DNA of 50,626 nt, taken from contig JALJEE010002538.1 of NCBI GenBank assembly GCA_023231475.1, forward strand, positions 1 through 50,626, given 5' to 3'. The translations under genes and the position numbers were made by a program. The stretch comes from Seison nebaliae. Taxonomy: Eukaryota. This document shows positions 22,790 through 34,300 of the stretch, one piece after another (positions within the stretch are counted from its first letter, which is position 1; each line of letters begins with the position of its first letter). Under the pieces are notes generated by a model. That model searched no databases and was not told the origin of the DNA. It worked only from the letters and a program-made list of their open reading frames with translations.

Positions 22790-22791
22790 AC
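22757..22791. repeat. (CA)n microsatellite upstream of ARNT
   Basis: Direct reading of the sequence. Confidence 0.9.
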
Positions 22792-24614
22792 CAGGTACAG
22801 AAAGTGGGGAGGGCGGGAGAGTGTGTCCGAAGGAGAGAAATGGGGGGAGAAGAGAGAGAGAAAGAGAGATAAAAAAAATCTCAAATTCGACCTGTTCAAT
22901 ATATTTTAGAAAACTTGTAATTTATCTCTTCTAATCACTTCAATCAAACCCGATAACTCCATATACAGGTGGACACAGTTATAGGAAATGTTACTCGTCG
23001 TTCCCATCCATTCTGGTCATCTCCACTCACCTGCCCATTCCAATTCCATACATTTATCATTCAAATTTTTAGCTCAAGTCAATTTGGGAATAATCAATCA
23101 ATTAATATCTCTTCTCTGTGTGTCTCTTCATCATTATTTTCTATAGCATCATGTCATGCAAACGGATGACATCGTTCCTCAGTCTATAATGAATGTCACG
23201 AAATCGTCAATTGTATTTTCATCATTCTCCTTTATCTCTCAATTTCATCACCCCTATTTCCTTCCCATTCTTTCCCTATACAAATAATTGTTGCGTCATT
23301 TTCACTCAATTTTGAGAATAATCATATTACAAATTTAACACTCCTCTCCATCCATTTTAGAGACATGATCAATTCATCTCTCTCATATTTAGATTCAATT
23401 TAAATATTTTCCTTATCTTACTATATTTGTTAGTTTTAGTTTTAATTAAAATTAGTTGGAAATTTAAAGAAATTTAAAATTCTTAATCAAATTAAAATTT
23501 AGAATTTTTAATTAACTGAATTAAAAAGATGAACAGATTGCGGATAATGGGAGACGATAATTAATTATAAATAATATATGTCTAATTTTCTCCATTAATT
23601 TACTTCAACACAGATTTAGAGAATTATTGTTTTTCTCTTTCTGTCTCTCTCTCTCTCTCAGTTTTTTTGGGAGAAGGATATAATTAATTTAATTGGATCT
23701 CTTCTCGTCAAAGCGATTGAGGATGAACGTCTAAAAACCTTTTATGTTGACGAAAGAGTAGGAAGTGAATTGTTGAGTAAATAGAAGAAACAGTTTAACA
23801 ATTCGTCTGGCACGTCAATAATTGATTGTATTTAGACTGGATAAGTTAGAAAGGGAATAGAATGTAAATGGATTTGAATGGGTGGGAAGAAGGAGAGTGA
23901 ATAGGAATGAAGAGGAAAAGAAAATTTTGAAAATAATTAAATTAAAAATTTTAAATTTTAAGCTTAATCCAGAAATTGATTGGTTAATTAATTTTTTAAA
24001 TTAATTTAATTTGTCATTATGTCCGTCCTGTCCGTATTATCTCTCTTATCGAATTGATGACGATTGATGATCGTTCGTTTGTCCACGATCATCACAAGTG
24101 TGATGATGTAAAGGAGGAAAGTTGAGAGATGGAGAAATTGTTTATTAATTCCATCAAAAAAAAACAAACAAACAAACAGGGGGAGTGAGAGTGAAGAGAG
24201 TGAAAATAATGAAAAATGGAAAAATAAATTGAGAACTCTTCCATCATCATTATCATTCATTTATCTCTTTTTCCATTTGATTTTTCTTCTTTTTTTTTTT
24301 TTTGAAGGTGGAGAAAGGGAAAGTCATTAATTTGATGTCCGATAATCTCCCCAATTGTTTTTGTTGTTGTTGGAGATGGCGTTAATAGGCGGAAGTTCAC
24401 CCAATTGAAGTTCTAAAAGTCAACGAGGTCATCTGATCATCGTTTGAATGTTGATGTCATTGTTATTCCATTTATCTCTCCTTCTTCTTCCTTCTTTCCT
24501 TTCTTTTTTTCTTGTTTTTATTTCGAGAAAGAAAATATTTAGTAAAAGAATCATCAACGAATAAATCTAAAAAAAAAAAATCGATTTCTTCTCTCCCATC
24601 AGATTGCTTGTTGG

Positions 24615-25955
24615 ATGATAATGGAATATGAATATCTCTCAGATTTCTATTCGGAGAATAAAGAGAGTGGATTGGAACGTTCGATGGTAACCAACGAAGA
24701 TGATGACGACGAAGATGAATTGAAGAATAACGTCAATTATTTGATGGTTCAATCGAATCGACCAACAACAGTGATAAAACCGATTAATCGTATCATCCAA
24801 CGACCGAATCGACGACTGCCGAAAAAATCGAATTTGTTAAATATTGACGAAAATGAAGAATTATGTGAAGAATTCCATTCAACAACAACAACGACGAAAA
24901 TTTCATCGGATAATTCAAAAAAGAAAAATATTCCGAATTATTTACCCGTCAATGACATGTCAGAGAAACGATCAATACCATCACCAATACCATCAATCAC
25001 GACGAGAACGATGAAAGTTTCGACATCGTCGCTAAACAATTCCATCATTTCTAATGACGACCATCGAAAAAATATGCCGATTTTCACTCCAGAAAATTTA
25101 AATTTATTAATCTCTTCAACAATCATTCAAAGTTCGAAAGATTCCATCATTCCATCACATGACGGTTCTGATTCCGATCATTTGTCAAAGAATCATCAGA
25201 CGAAAGGAACGAACGAGAAACGGACGATCGGTTCCAGAATTCAGACATTTCTCTTCTCTCGTTCCAAATCTCATTTGAGACGAAGTAGTAAAAAAATGAA
25301 GAGAAAACAAGCGACAAATGTGTCGAGTTCGGACGGAAATTCAATCACTCAAAAACCGGTTACATCTTCCTCCAACGACGAATTGGAGAAGTGTAGTGAC
25401 GAATGTCAATTCTCCACATTCAACACAATTTCCACACAGAACGATTCGCTGAATTATTCGTGGATTGATGACGATCATACTCGTCATCAATCCACGAACG
25501 ATTTCATTCGATACGACGACAATTTCCTCCTCAAATCCTCCAAACAACACAAGTCATTAAAAGAGCGACAACGGGAGATTTCTGTGAACGCTTCGAAGAA
25601 TTTGAAGAGAAATAAATCGACAATTGGCAATCTCAAATCGATCGAGAATGATTCGGAAGATTCCATCACTGATTCCACTTCCTATCCCAAACATCGTTAC
25701 GAGACTCATGAAATGAGTAAAAGTCATGAAGAATTGTTTAATTCGGTGCTCGATTCTAATTGTCGTCATTCGATACCTCATCGTCCCGAAATATCTATCG
25801 ATGAACTTCGCAATAAATTGAAGAGTGTCAAATTGAAACAAGTGAATCATGAGACGTCGAACAACTCTTCAAATATCGTCATGAATGAATTCCATTCATT
25901 AAATGATCCAGCTGAATTATCAGTCAAAGAACGAGTTGCCCTTTTTTCCAAATGA
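24615..25955 (+). CDS. Uncharacterised disordered Ser/Lys-rich protein, 446 aa, with possible C-terminal actin-binding motifs
   Basis: A 1.3-kb ORF ending ELRNKLKSVKLKQV (WH2-like) and LSVKERVALF. An in-frame acceptor (CATCAG at 24597-24602) allows an upstream exon. Confidence 0.75.
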   Translation: MIMEYEYLSDFYSENKESGLERSMVTNEDDDDEDELKNNVNYLMVQSNRPTTVIKPINRIIQRPNRRLPKKSNLLNIDENEELCEEFHSTTTTTKISSDNSKKKNIPNYLPVNDMSEKRSIPSPIPSITTRTMKVSTSSLNNSIISNDDHRKNMPIFTPENLNLLISSTIIQSSKDSIIPSHDGSDSDHLSKNHQTKGTNEKRTIGSRIQTFLFSRSKSHLRRSSKKMKRKQATNVSSSDGNSITQKPVTSSSNDELEKCSDECQFSTFNTISTQNDSLNYSWIDDDHTRHQSTNDFIRYDDNFLLKSSKQHKSLKERQREISVNASKNLKRNKSTIGNLKSIENDSEDSITDSTSYPKHRYETHEMSKSHEELFNSVLDSNCRHSIPHRPEISIDELRNKLKSVKLKQVNHETSNNSSNIVMNEFHSLNDPAELSVKERVALFSK

Positions 25956-27226
25956 AGTTTTCTCCGGTTTTCTATTTATTACAATTATTTTCATCCAATT
26001 TTCATTCCTACAACTTTCTACAAAGAACTTATTTATCTCATCTCATCTCATTCTCATTCTCCCCTTCCTTCCCAAACACTTTCTCTTATTCATTTCATTC
26101 AATTTCAACACACCAAATTCATCTCGTTAAAATTTGATAAATAAAAACTTTATTCTAATACAAATCAACAAAATCGTCTTCAATTACACACTTATATTAT
26201 ATAAATTTAATAATTACTCATTTGACTTTGTCAATCAAATGATCAATTTATTCCAATGTCGATCCAGAATCAAATAAGAAAATGTTATTGAATCTTTTGA
26301 AAATTTCTTCTATTTCTTTTAATAATTCCTTCCCAATTATTCATTTAGAACATTATCTCAGAAAATTGGAAAGAATTCCAACATTTGAAAAAGGAGGGGA
26401 AATTTAAAAATTTTAAAATAATTTATATAGAAATTTAATTCGATAATTGATCGATTAAAATTGGTGATGGAAAAAAAAGCATAAAACTTAATAGGGATTC
26501 AATGAGACTTTTCTAATTTCTTGATCTTCAACTTCACTTCCATCAATTATTTTCGAAATGAATTACTTGTGTCTCATTCTTCCCGTTGTCACTTGGCCTA
26601 CTGCACAATATTATCCTTTAAATTAATATCTAATACGTTGAATCAATATTAAAGGTTTTCCCAGAAAAGACTTGTAGGAAAGACAGATATCTAATCTGAA
26701 AATAAAGGAAACTAGGAAAGCACTCCCATTAACGATTGTTAGAAAAGACGAACTAGACTATTTGAATAGGACACATGAAGTTTTAAAAGTTATTTCTAAA
26801 ACGAAAAATTCAACATGTTCAAATGAATTAATTTGGAAATAGATGAAAGTAGAGTAGAATTAGTGAACGAAGATAGAAAAGATATCACTTCATACAGTTC
26901 TCTACGATGAGAGAAAATTATTATGAAAATATAAATAAATAAAAATAAATAAATTATAAAAGAATTCGTTATAAAATAATGTTTTATTTGAAATATAAAG
27001 AATTGTAAGATATTTTAGAATAAGTTTAATTCAACAGAGAGAAGAGAATTAAGGAATATGACGAATGGAGCAATCCTCTCAAAAACTATTTTCAAGTTCT
27101 TATATTGTCAATATTGTTACACTCACCGATTAGTTGAGAGTGAGAAATTAGTGAAATTGTCATCATTTTATTCATCGAATGAATTTTACAATCGGCAGAC
27201 GTGTTACTGTATGAGAGTTGAGTTGT

Positions 27227-28126
27227 TTAGGAGAGTAATGTTCGGAAACCATCTCTGAAGGTTTTCGAAGAATTGTATAATATGGGCAAGCTAAGTCCAC
27301 GCGTACCGAGTAGAGTGATCTCTTCGATAATTGAAATGATCAGGAAAGCCGTACTCTTATGATGGATATATTGTTCGACGGTATATAATGTGAATAGAAA
27401 CGTTTCCACAAACAATAACATTCCTGACAAGACCATGGCTCTGGTGATGAATCGTCGTTTTTTCTCTCGTTTTTTAATGGTTAGTTTCGAAACGTTACCG
27501 GACATAAGATTTGGCTTCATAAGGAAACGAGTGCGTTTGAAATGAATGAGAAGTGAAATGATGATAAAGTTGACGGTACAGAAGATGGCGAGCATGCTTA
27601 TCATCAGAGCGGAGATTACATGTTTTGTTTTACATCTGAGCAGTCCGTGGAATGTGATGACTTGATGTGTATGTAAATAAGATGGTATGGATAAGATGGA
27701 GAAGACGAGAAAGAATTGAATGAGAGGAATTTGAAGGATTTTCATACAGACATTGTTCTTATATTTCGTTTCCCACCAAAAATTTAATTGATACAAAATT
27801 TTCAAACGATTCACCCAGAAGATGATATTGAATACATATGACGATAAGTAGAGATGTATGGTGAACGGATAGAATTTCCCGCACAGCAATCGTATGATGT
27901 TCTCATTTCGGAATATGTCCAATTTGAGTAAGAAGAAACAATTGATGAGCATGATGGTGTGAAGGAGTAGTGAGATTTGTTTGTATTTGAAACTTTTCGT
28001 CTTTGTCAATTGGAAGTGATTGATGGAGATGAATGTTAGTATGTTGGATAAGGTCAAACCGACGGTGAGAACGGGCACCATTATCGTATAAGTTCCACTG
28101 ATGATTTCCTCAGTTGTCCACATCAT
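27227..28126 (-). CDS. Orphan rhodopsin-like (class A) 7TM GPCR, intronless
   Basis: Seven hydrophobic segments, TM1 SN, Cys at the top of TM3 (LLCGKF) and in ECL2, NRL in place of DRY, and LPILYNSSKTFR in place of NPxxY..S..FR. Confidence 0.8.
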   Translation of the reverse strand: MMWTTEEIISGTYTIMVPVLTVGLTLSNILTFISINHFQLTKTKSFKYKQISLLLHTIMLINCFFLLKLDIFRNENIIRLLCGKFYPFTIHLYLSSYVFNIIFWVNRLKILYQLNFWWETKYKNNVCMKILQIPLIQFFLVFSILSIPSYLHTHQVITFHGLLRCKTKHVISALMISMLAIFCTVNFIIISLLIHFKRTRFLMKPNLMSGNVSKLTIKKREKKRRFITRAMVLSGMLLFVETFLFTLYTVEQYIHHKSTAFLIISIIEEITLLGTRGLSLPILYNSSKTFRDGFRTLLS

Positions 28127-28822
28127 ACCATCTCCCAATACGTCCGTGTTGATATTTAAATTTGAATTTTTAAATTAAATTTCGTATGGCAAATGCTCGT
28201 CTAACCGAAAGAGGTTTCGAGGGAGAGGAGGAGGAGGAGGAGGAATAATAGTTTGACGACGGACCAATGTTAATTGGAATAAGTATTCAACTTATTGAAT
28301 AGATTGAATGAGAAATGAAATCAATATGTTTAAGAGCGAGTCCAACAAAGAGTGACATTAACCCCGTTAAGTCGTGAGAGATTTAGTCAAACAAGCACGA
28401 AGTAATAGCATATCAGTCTTAATGATAGGGTTATGGTGAGGGGAGGTGTGCATGTATTCCTAATTTTTGGAAACCATACTTTCCATATAAATGATAAATT
28501 AGAGCGATTAAATATTTCGCTTTCGTTTCATGGAGGTGATACGGGTGGACTGAATGTACGTCATAACGGGGCACATGCTTCCGACAAATTGACTTGACGA
28601 TGGAGGAATGTTTTAGGATTTGAATATCTTCTCCTAATGTTAGAGGAATTAATGAGAATAATTCGTTGACAGAATAAATGATAATTGAACTTTCCCCGAA
28701 AAAGCACAGAAATTCTCTCTTGTTCATGAATTTTTTCCATCTATGGATTTAATATCCACTATCGAGGGTCAGTCTTGTTGGACACGTAATTACTCCAAAA
28801 CTGCATTTTCACTCAAAACACT

Positions 28823-28843
28823 CACACACACACACACACACAC
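28823..28843. repeat. (CA)n microsatellite
   Basis: Direct reading of the sequence. Confidence 0.9.
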
Positions 28844-29926
28844 GTAGAAAAGGTAAGTTCTAGTGTAGATTCTACAAGATGACAGGAATTGGCAATTCTC
28901 AATTCCAACAATTCTCCAGCTCATCAATTCTCTACGAAAATATTTCACAAGTCACAACAAACCAAAAAACAAATTAAATTTTTCATCATTTCTAATTTTT
29001 TCTCTGAAATTCAACTTGACAATTCTCTACTTCATTTTTTAATCGATAACATTCTGATGTTTTGATCATGAAATTTCAAACGAGAAATTCAAATATTGAA
29101 ATTAACAATAATAAATCTGATAATTTAACCAATTCTTGCCAAGTGTCTTTTTTTGTGATTTAGGTCAGAAACCGAAAATTAATTCGAACGAATTTGCCTC
29201 TTTCAATAATGCTTTTAATTTCATATTTTTTTCGTTCATTAAAAATTGAAAGATGATAATAATAGAGAAATTATTCAATTTAATTTATTCCGTCTTCTCC
29301 ATACTGATTTTAAAAGAAGATTTTCAAATTGCTCAATTTAAAATTGATTAATTGAAATTTGGTAATGTTTTTAACCAATTAATGACTACCCTTTTACAAA
29401 TACGTATTATTTATTATTGTTGTTTTATTGACAAGATTATTCATTGATATTAGTTCATTTTAAATAAAAATTAGAAGAATTTTAAAATTACTTTCGAATA
29501 TGTTGAAAATGGAATTTGATTGATGACATAAAAACTGTAAAATAATAAGTTGAGAAGTAAGTAAAAAATTATTTTATATTGAATGAAACATTCGTTCCTG
29601 TTGAATTAGTTATTAGGAATTTATTTTATATAGAATGAAACATTCGTTCTTGTGGAATTATATTTACTATCTCTAATCGTTGCACTTTCCTTACTGAAAC
29701 GGACATTTAAGACCATCAGAAATCGTGAAGATATAATTAGAAAAGAATGATTAATGGTTGGAAGTATGGAGATGAATGGAGAGGAAGAAGATGAGATGAA
29801 GAATGAATTGAGTGAATAAGAGAATGATTTGTGGAATAGTCGAAGTGAAAATGAAGGCTCATTCGGAATCGAATCGACAAACTTAAATTTTCGGGTATCG
29901 AAAAAATTCAAATTATCTCAAACGGA

Positions 29927-30973
29927 ATGATATGTTATTATTAATGTTTCTTCTCTCAATCACTTTCAATTCTTCCATTCTCAGCCAAACGACGATTGAA
30001 GTTTCGTGGGGAGATGCAATTGCATAGTCGTTATCTTCGTCGATGTCTTACGATGTTACCGTCCGATTATCAGTCGATGGATATGCAACGAGTGACGATC
30101 GCCTTATTCTGTGTTGGTGGTTGTGCTATTTTAGAGAAAGAAGATCCGGCATTTGGTATGAAATCTTCCGAGAAAGCAGCTACCATCAAATGGCTTCTAT
30201 CGTTACAAACCGTTTCCGGTGGTTTTCGACCGACGGCCACTTTTTCCGGAATCCGTCACGATTTCGATCAAGCACATGCCAGTATGACATACGCCGCTCT
30301 CAGCATTTTCCAAATCCTTCATTCTGATCAACCGTTGACAGGAGTCGACGTTTCTGGAGTGAAACATTCGTTGAAGAATTTACAAATGAATGACGGATCG
30401 TTTCGAGCTAATCGTTTCAGTGAATATGATATGAGATTTGTCTATTGTGTCTGTGCAATTTGTCATTACATCGAAGATTATTCCACCATCGATAAAGACG
30501 AAGTGGCGAAATATGTTGAGTCATGTCAAAGTTACGAAGGAGGAATTGGACAACAACCGATGGGCGAAGCACACGCCGGTTCCACATTTTGTGGTGTAGC
30601 TGCTCTTCATTTAATCGGTCGATTGAATTCTGTTTTTCCACATCATTCTCGAGAGAGGAGGAATCTTGTCCGATGGTTAATTCATCTACAACATTCAGGA
30701 TTTCGAGGGAGAACCAACAAGGCATGGGACACATGTTACTCATTTTGGGTTGTGGCGTCGTTAAGTATTTTGGGACAGATAAATTTGATTGATCGAGAGA
30801 AAAATATCGAATATGTCCGAGAAACGAGATCGGCATTGAGTGGAGGATTTGGGAAGTTTCCCGATTCATCGTCTGATCCTTATCATACATATTTCGCTTT
30901 AGCCGCATTGTCATTGGTGAGACATATCGATTGTCGAATCACTCCCTCACTCATTCTGCCCATTCTCAAATAA
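29927..30973 (+). CDS. PGGT1B: Geranylgeranyltransferase type-I beta subunit, 2 exons (29927-29933, 29985-30973)
   Basis: Prenyltransferase repeats (DMRFVYC, QSYEGGIGQ, EAHAGSTFCGVAAL), zinc ligands in GRTNKAWDTCYSFW and DPYHTY, and the GGTase-I-type Lys in GGFGKFPD. A 51-nt GTTATT...CAG intron supplies the ATG (MISKRRLKF). Confidence 0.92.
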
Positions 30974-31366
30974 ATTTCTATTAATTAATTATTTTATTCA
31001 TTCTAATAAATCAATTGATATTGTAAAATTCTTCAGATTTTATTTCCTTTTTATACTTTCTCCTTCTCATTCAAATTTCCCATCACTAATTTTCAATAAT
31101 AAATAATTCAATTTTAATTATTTATAATTAATTTAATTTTAATTATTTTTAATTATTTTCAAATATTTTAATTTTCATTTTACTAAATTAATTTAAATTT
31201 AATTTAAGTTGTAAGAAGAAGAATGTGAGGAAGAAACATGAAAAATTTTATAAAATTTTAAAGAAAATGATAAATCGTTCTGTGGAGAGATCTAACACTT
31301 TTAATTGAACTGATTCGACCACCAAAAGAAACATTTAAATTAACAAAAATTCTCTTTCTCCACCAT

Positions 31367-34300
31367 CTATCTGAAGTATTTGGCGGAATCGGTTTCTTGT
31401 AGTTTGGTGGTAGGACCACAAGTTTTCGTCAGATCAAACGTAGGCGGTGCTGTGACGGGAGTCGATGGGCGTGGACGTTTTCCTTTCACTCCTCCCGGAT
31501 CGGACGTTGTCTCCAACACATTATTATTCTGGAAGAAAGTGGCAATTGGACTGGATAATTTCGGTTCGGTATCCGTTTGGCCTAATTGTCGATGGTTTAT
31601 TTCGTCGATATCGCGTTGACTGGGATTAGAGGATTTGAATGAACTTTCCGGTGCGACATTTAGTGGAATGGGTGAAGGAACTACTTCTTCTTCTTTCGTC
31701 AATACGGCACTGATTCGGGGACTGGTGTGAATACTTGGTTCTCCTCCTGTTTGTTCATCGATTATCGGTCGTGCATGAGATGTGGTCGGTTTGAGATTAA
31801 TAGAATCATTCTTATGTTCCTCATCGCTCAAAATTCCCGTTGCATTTAAAGTGTTTTGCATTGGATCGTCCGTATCAGAATCAGACGCGAGAATTTGATC
31901 GATCATCATATTAACTTTCTCATTGGACGGGTCTTTGGGAGCTAACGTCATATCTCCACTGGGCATTGAGGGATCATTATGAATAGATTTCTGAGGTGAT
32001 CGTCTCGAACTAGTTGATCCGGTGCCCATCGTCAAACTATGGAATGAATGTTCAGGTTGACGGTTGTGGTCATGATGGAGCATATGGAGTGCTTGAGATC
32101 GTTGTCGTGTCGTTTCCACTTCGTTGTACATATCAGCATATTCTTCCAATGAACCGGCTAAGATGGCTGCATTAGCTACATAACTTATCGGTTTCTCATA
32201 ATCGTCCTGAGCGAGTATTCTACGAGCTAGGACGTCGTCGAATCCCAACCGTTGTAAGAGCGGGTATGTCATTTCACCTTCCACTTTCGCCAAATGGTTT
32301 CGATTTCTCAATGAAATCATCACCAATTGACGATTGGTGAGACGAGGCTCTGGCAAACTGCGACCACAATTCTGCCAATGCATCAATAAGTCCAATTCGC
32401 TCTGGAGATTGTTAACTACCCGTCGCGAGAACCATACATCGCCATTGATCTTAATTCCGTTGTTGAAGAGTGTTCGATTGAATTCAGCATAGTTTATCAA
32501 ATTGTCCGGGTTGGCACACATTCGTTCCATATAGGCCGAGATGATCTGCCGATAAATGATCATTATCTCACCAGCATCAGTACCTTGTTCGCGAATGACG
32601 GAACCGTTCGCTCGAACGTAATTGATACAGTTGTTATTGTGCAAATGTGCGATATATTTCAGTTTGGGATATTTCAATCGTATCGTCAATTTAACAAATG
32701 CTTCATGGATATGTGGTTGTCGAATATCGAATTCATTACAAACATTTGGTGGCACCAAATATCTTCGATCGGCGTCCAAATGAACCGTTTCGAAACCTTT
32801 AAATAAATTATCCAGAAATATAAGCACCCCAGTATTGGTGACCAGGGCCGTGTTTCCGGCCACATTCGTCACATTCGTCGAACAACAATCAATATCATAT
32901 AACTGATTTCCTGAATTGAGAACGGGAGGATAAGTCGTGGGAGGTCGACCACCATCTGGTTTGTACACGTAACTTTGACAGATTGCTATCCATTCGGATG
33001 GACAACAAACATCCGATTTACCAGATTCAATCGACGCCCAATCCACCCCGTCCAAGAAGTCCAACATTTTTATACTCTCATAATCCTTCACTCGAGTGGT
33101 GATGTCCCAATTCGTCATCGATGTAATACAGGTAATCAGTTCGGGACTGAGTGGCGTATCATACACGTCAGGTTCTTGTTGAGATGCCGTTATTTCCCGA
33201 TAACGATCCCACGGCGCGTAAATACTATAATTGTACAAGGGTAAAATGTACATCATTTGGTGGACGGTTGCCCCGAGAGCATAATAATCTCTCGCCTCAT
33301 CGAAACCACCATAAATTTCCGGCCATTTTCCTTCCGGTGCGATGAAACGTGGTGTTCCTTGATCAGCTGATCTTCCCGGTCTGAGTTTCGACTTTTCGAT
33401 GACTAAGCCATAATCAGTTATTTTGATGAGACCATTACCATAAACTAATATGTTTCCGGTTTTGAAATCCGAATGAATGATTCCTAACGAATGCAATTCC
33501 TTCAATCCATACATCATCATTGCCATCACATGTTTGACGCAGACCTCGGGTATACGCTAGAGAAAAATCGGAATGATTAAAAGAGGTTTTTTGGAGAAAA
33601 TGGGACAAACTCTCAATTTACTGGTAATATCATAACCACTATCCATTTCGGAATAGACGGAATGGAATCGTATTACCTCCAACAAATCGCCACACTCTGC
33701 CAATTCACAAGCAATAAACATATAACAATCGTCATGGTCCATCCATAATGGCACTGAGTTGTAGTGGAGGTTACTTCCCGCCCTTAATTTCAGTAAGGTG
33801 TTCCGTTCGGCAAAGATTTTATCTCTCGTGTGCACATAATGGTCGTTGAGACGTTCAAAAATCGTTCGAACATAAGACACCTGATTGAAGCTTTTGAGGA
33901 ATTTATGTTTCGGAACAATTTTCAATACCACCATATCCTCCCGGCCTTTATCTATGAGAGGAATGAGATGAAATTAATTCAATAAAGTAAACCGTTTATG
34001 GTTTTGGCTAGTACCACTGTTCCATATCCGCCACTACTCAAATATCCACAAACTCCCAACAAATTATGTTTTAATAGGACTTCGTTTTTCGGCTGAGAAT
34101 TTCTACCACATGGATTTAGTGGCGTCAAATTGATCATATGAGACATGGCACGAATATCTGTAATGTTTCTCAATTGTCGATATACTCGACCGCCTTTCCT
34201 TATTCTTTTTAGCATAGTTTCCTCTCGACAAACCATCCTGAACTTCCGCCCACACAGTGCCATATGAGCGTTGAGGATATAAGTTTCGAAAAAAGCCGGA

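Noticed and set aside
28431..28727. 98-aa ATG ORF upstream of the GPCR
   Set aside because: No recognisable motif or convincing splice link. It could be UTR or decayed sequence, so it is left uncalled.
29581..29660. Imperfect direct repeat GAATGAAACATTCGTTC(C/T)TG, two copies
   Set aside because: A simple local duplication in AT-rich intergenic DNA with no further structure.
31095..31210. Extremely AT-rich TTAATT-type tract between convergent PGGT1B and kinase genes
   Set aside because: Low-complexity 3' intergenic sequence, similar to other spacers in the window.
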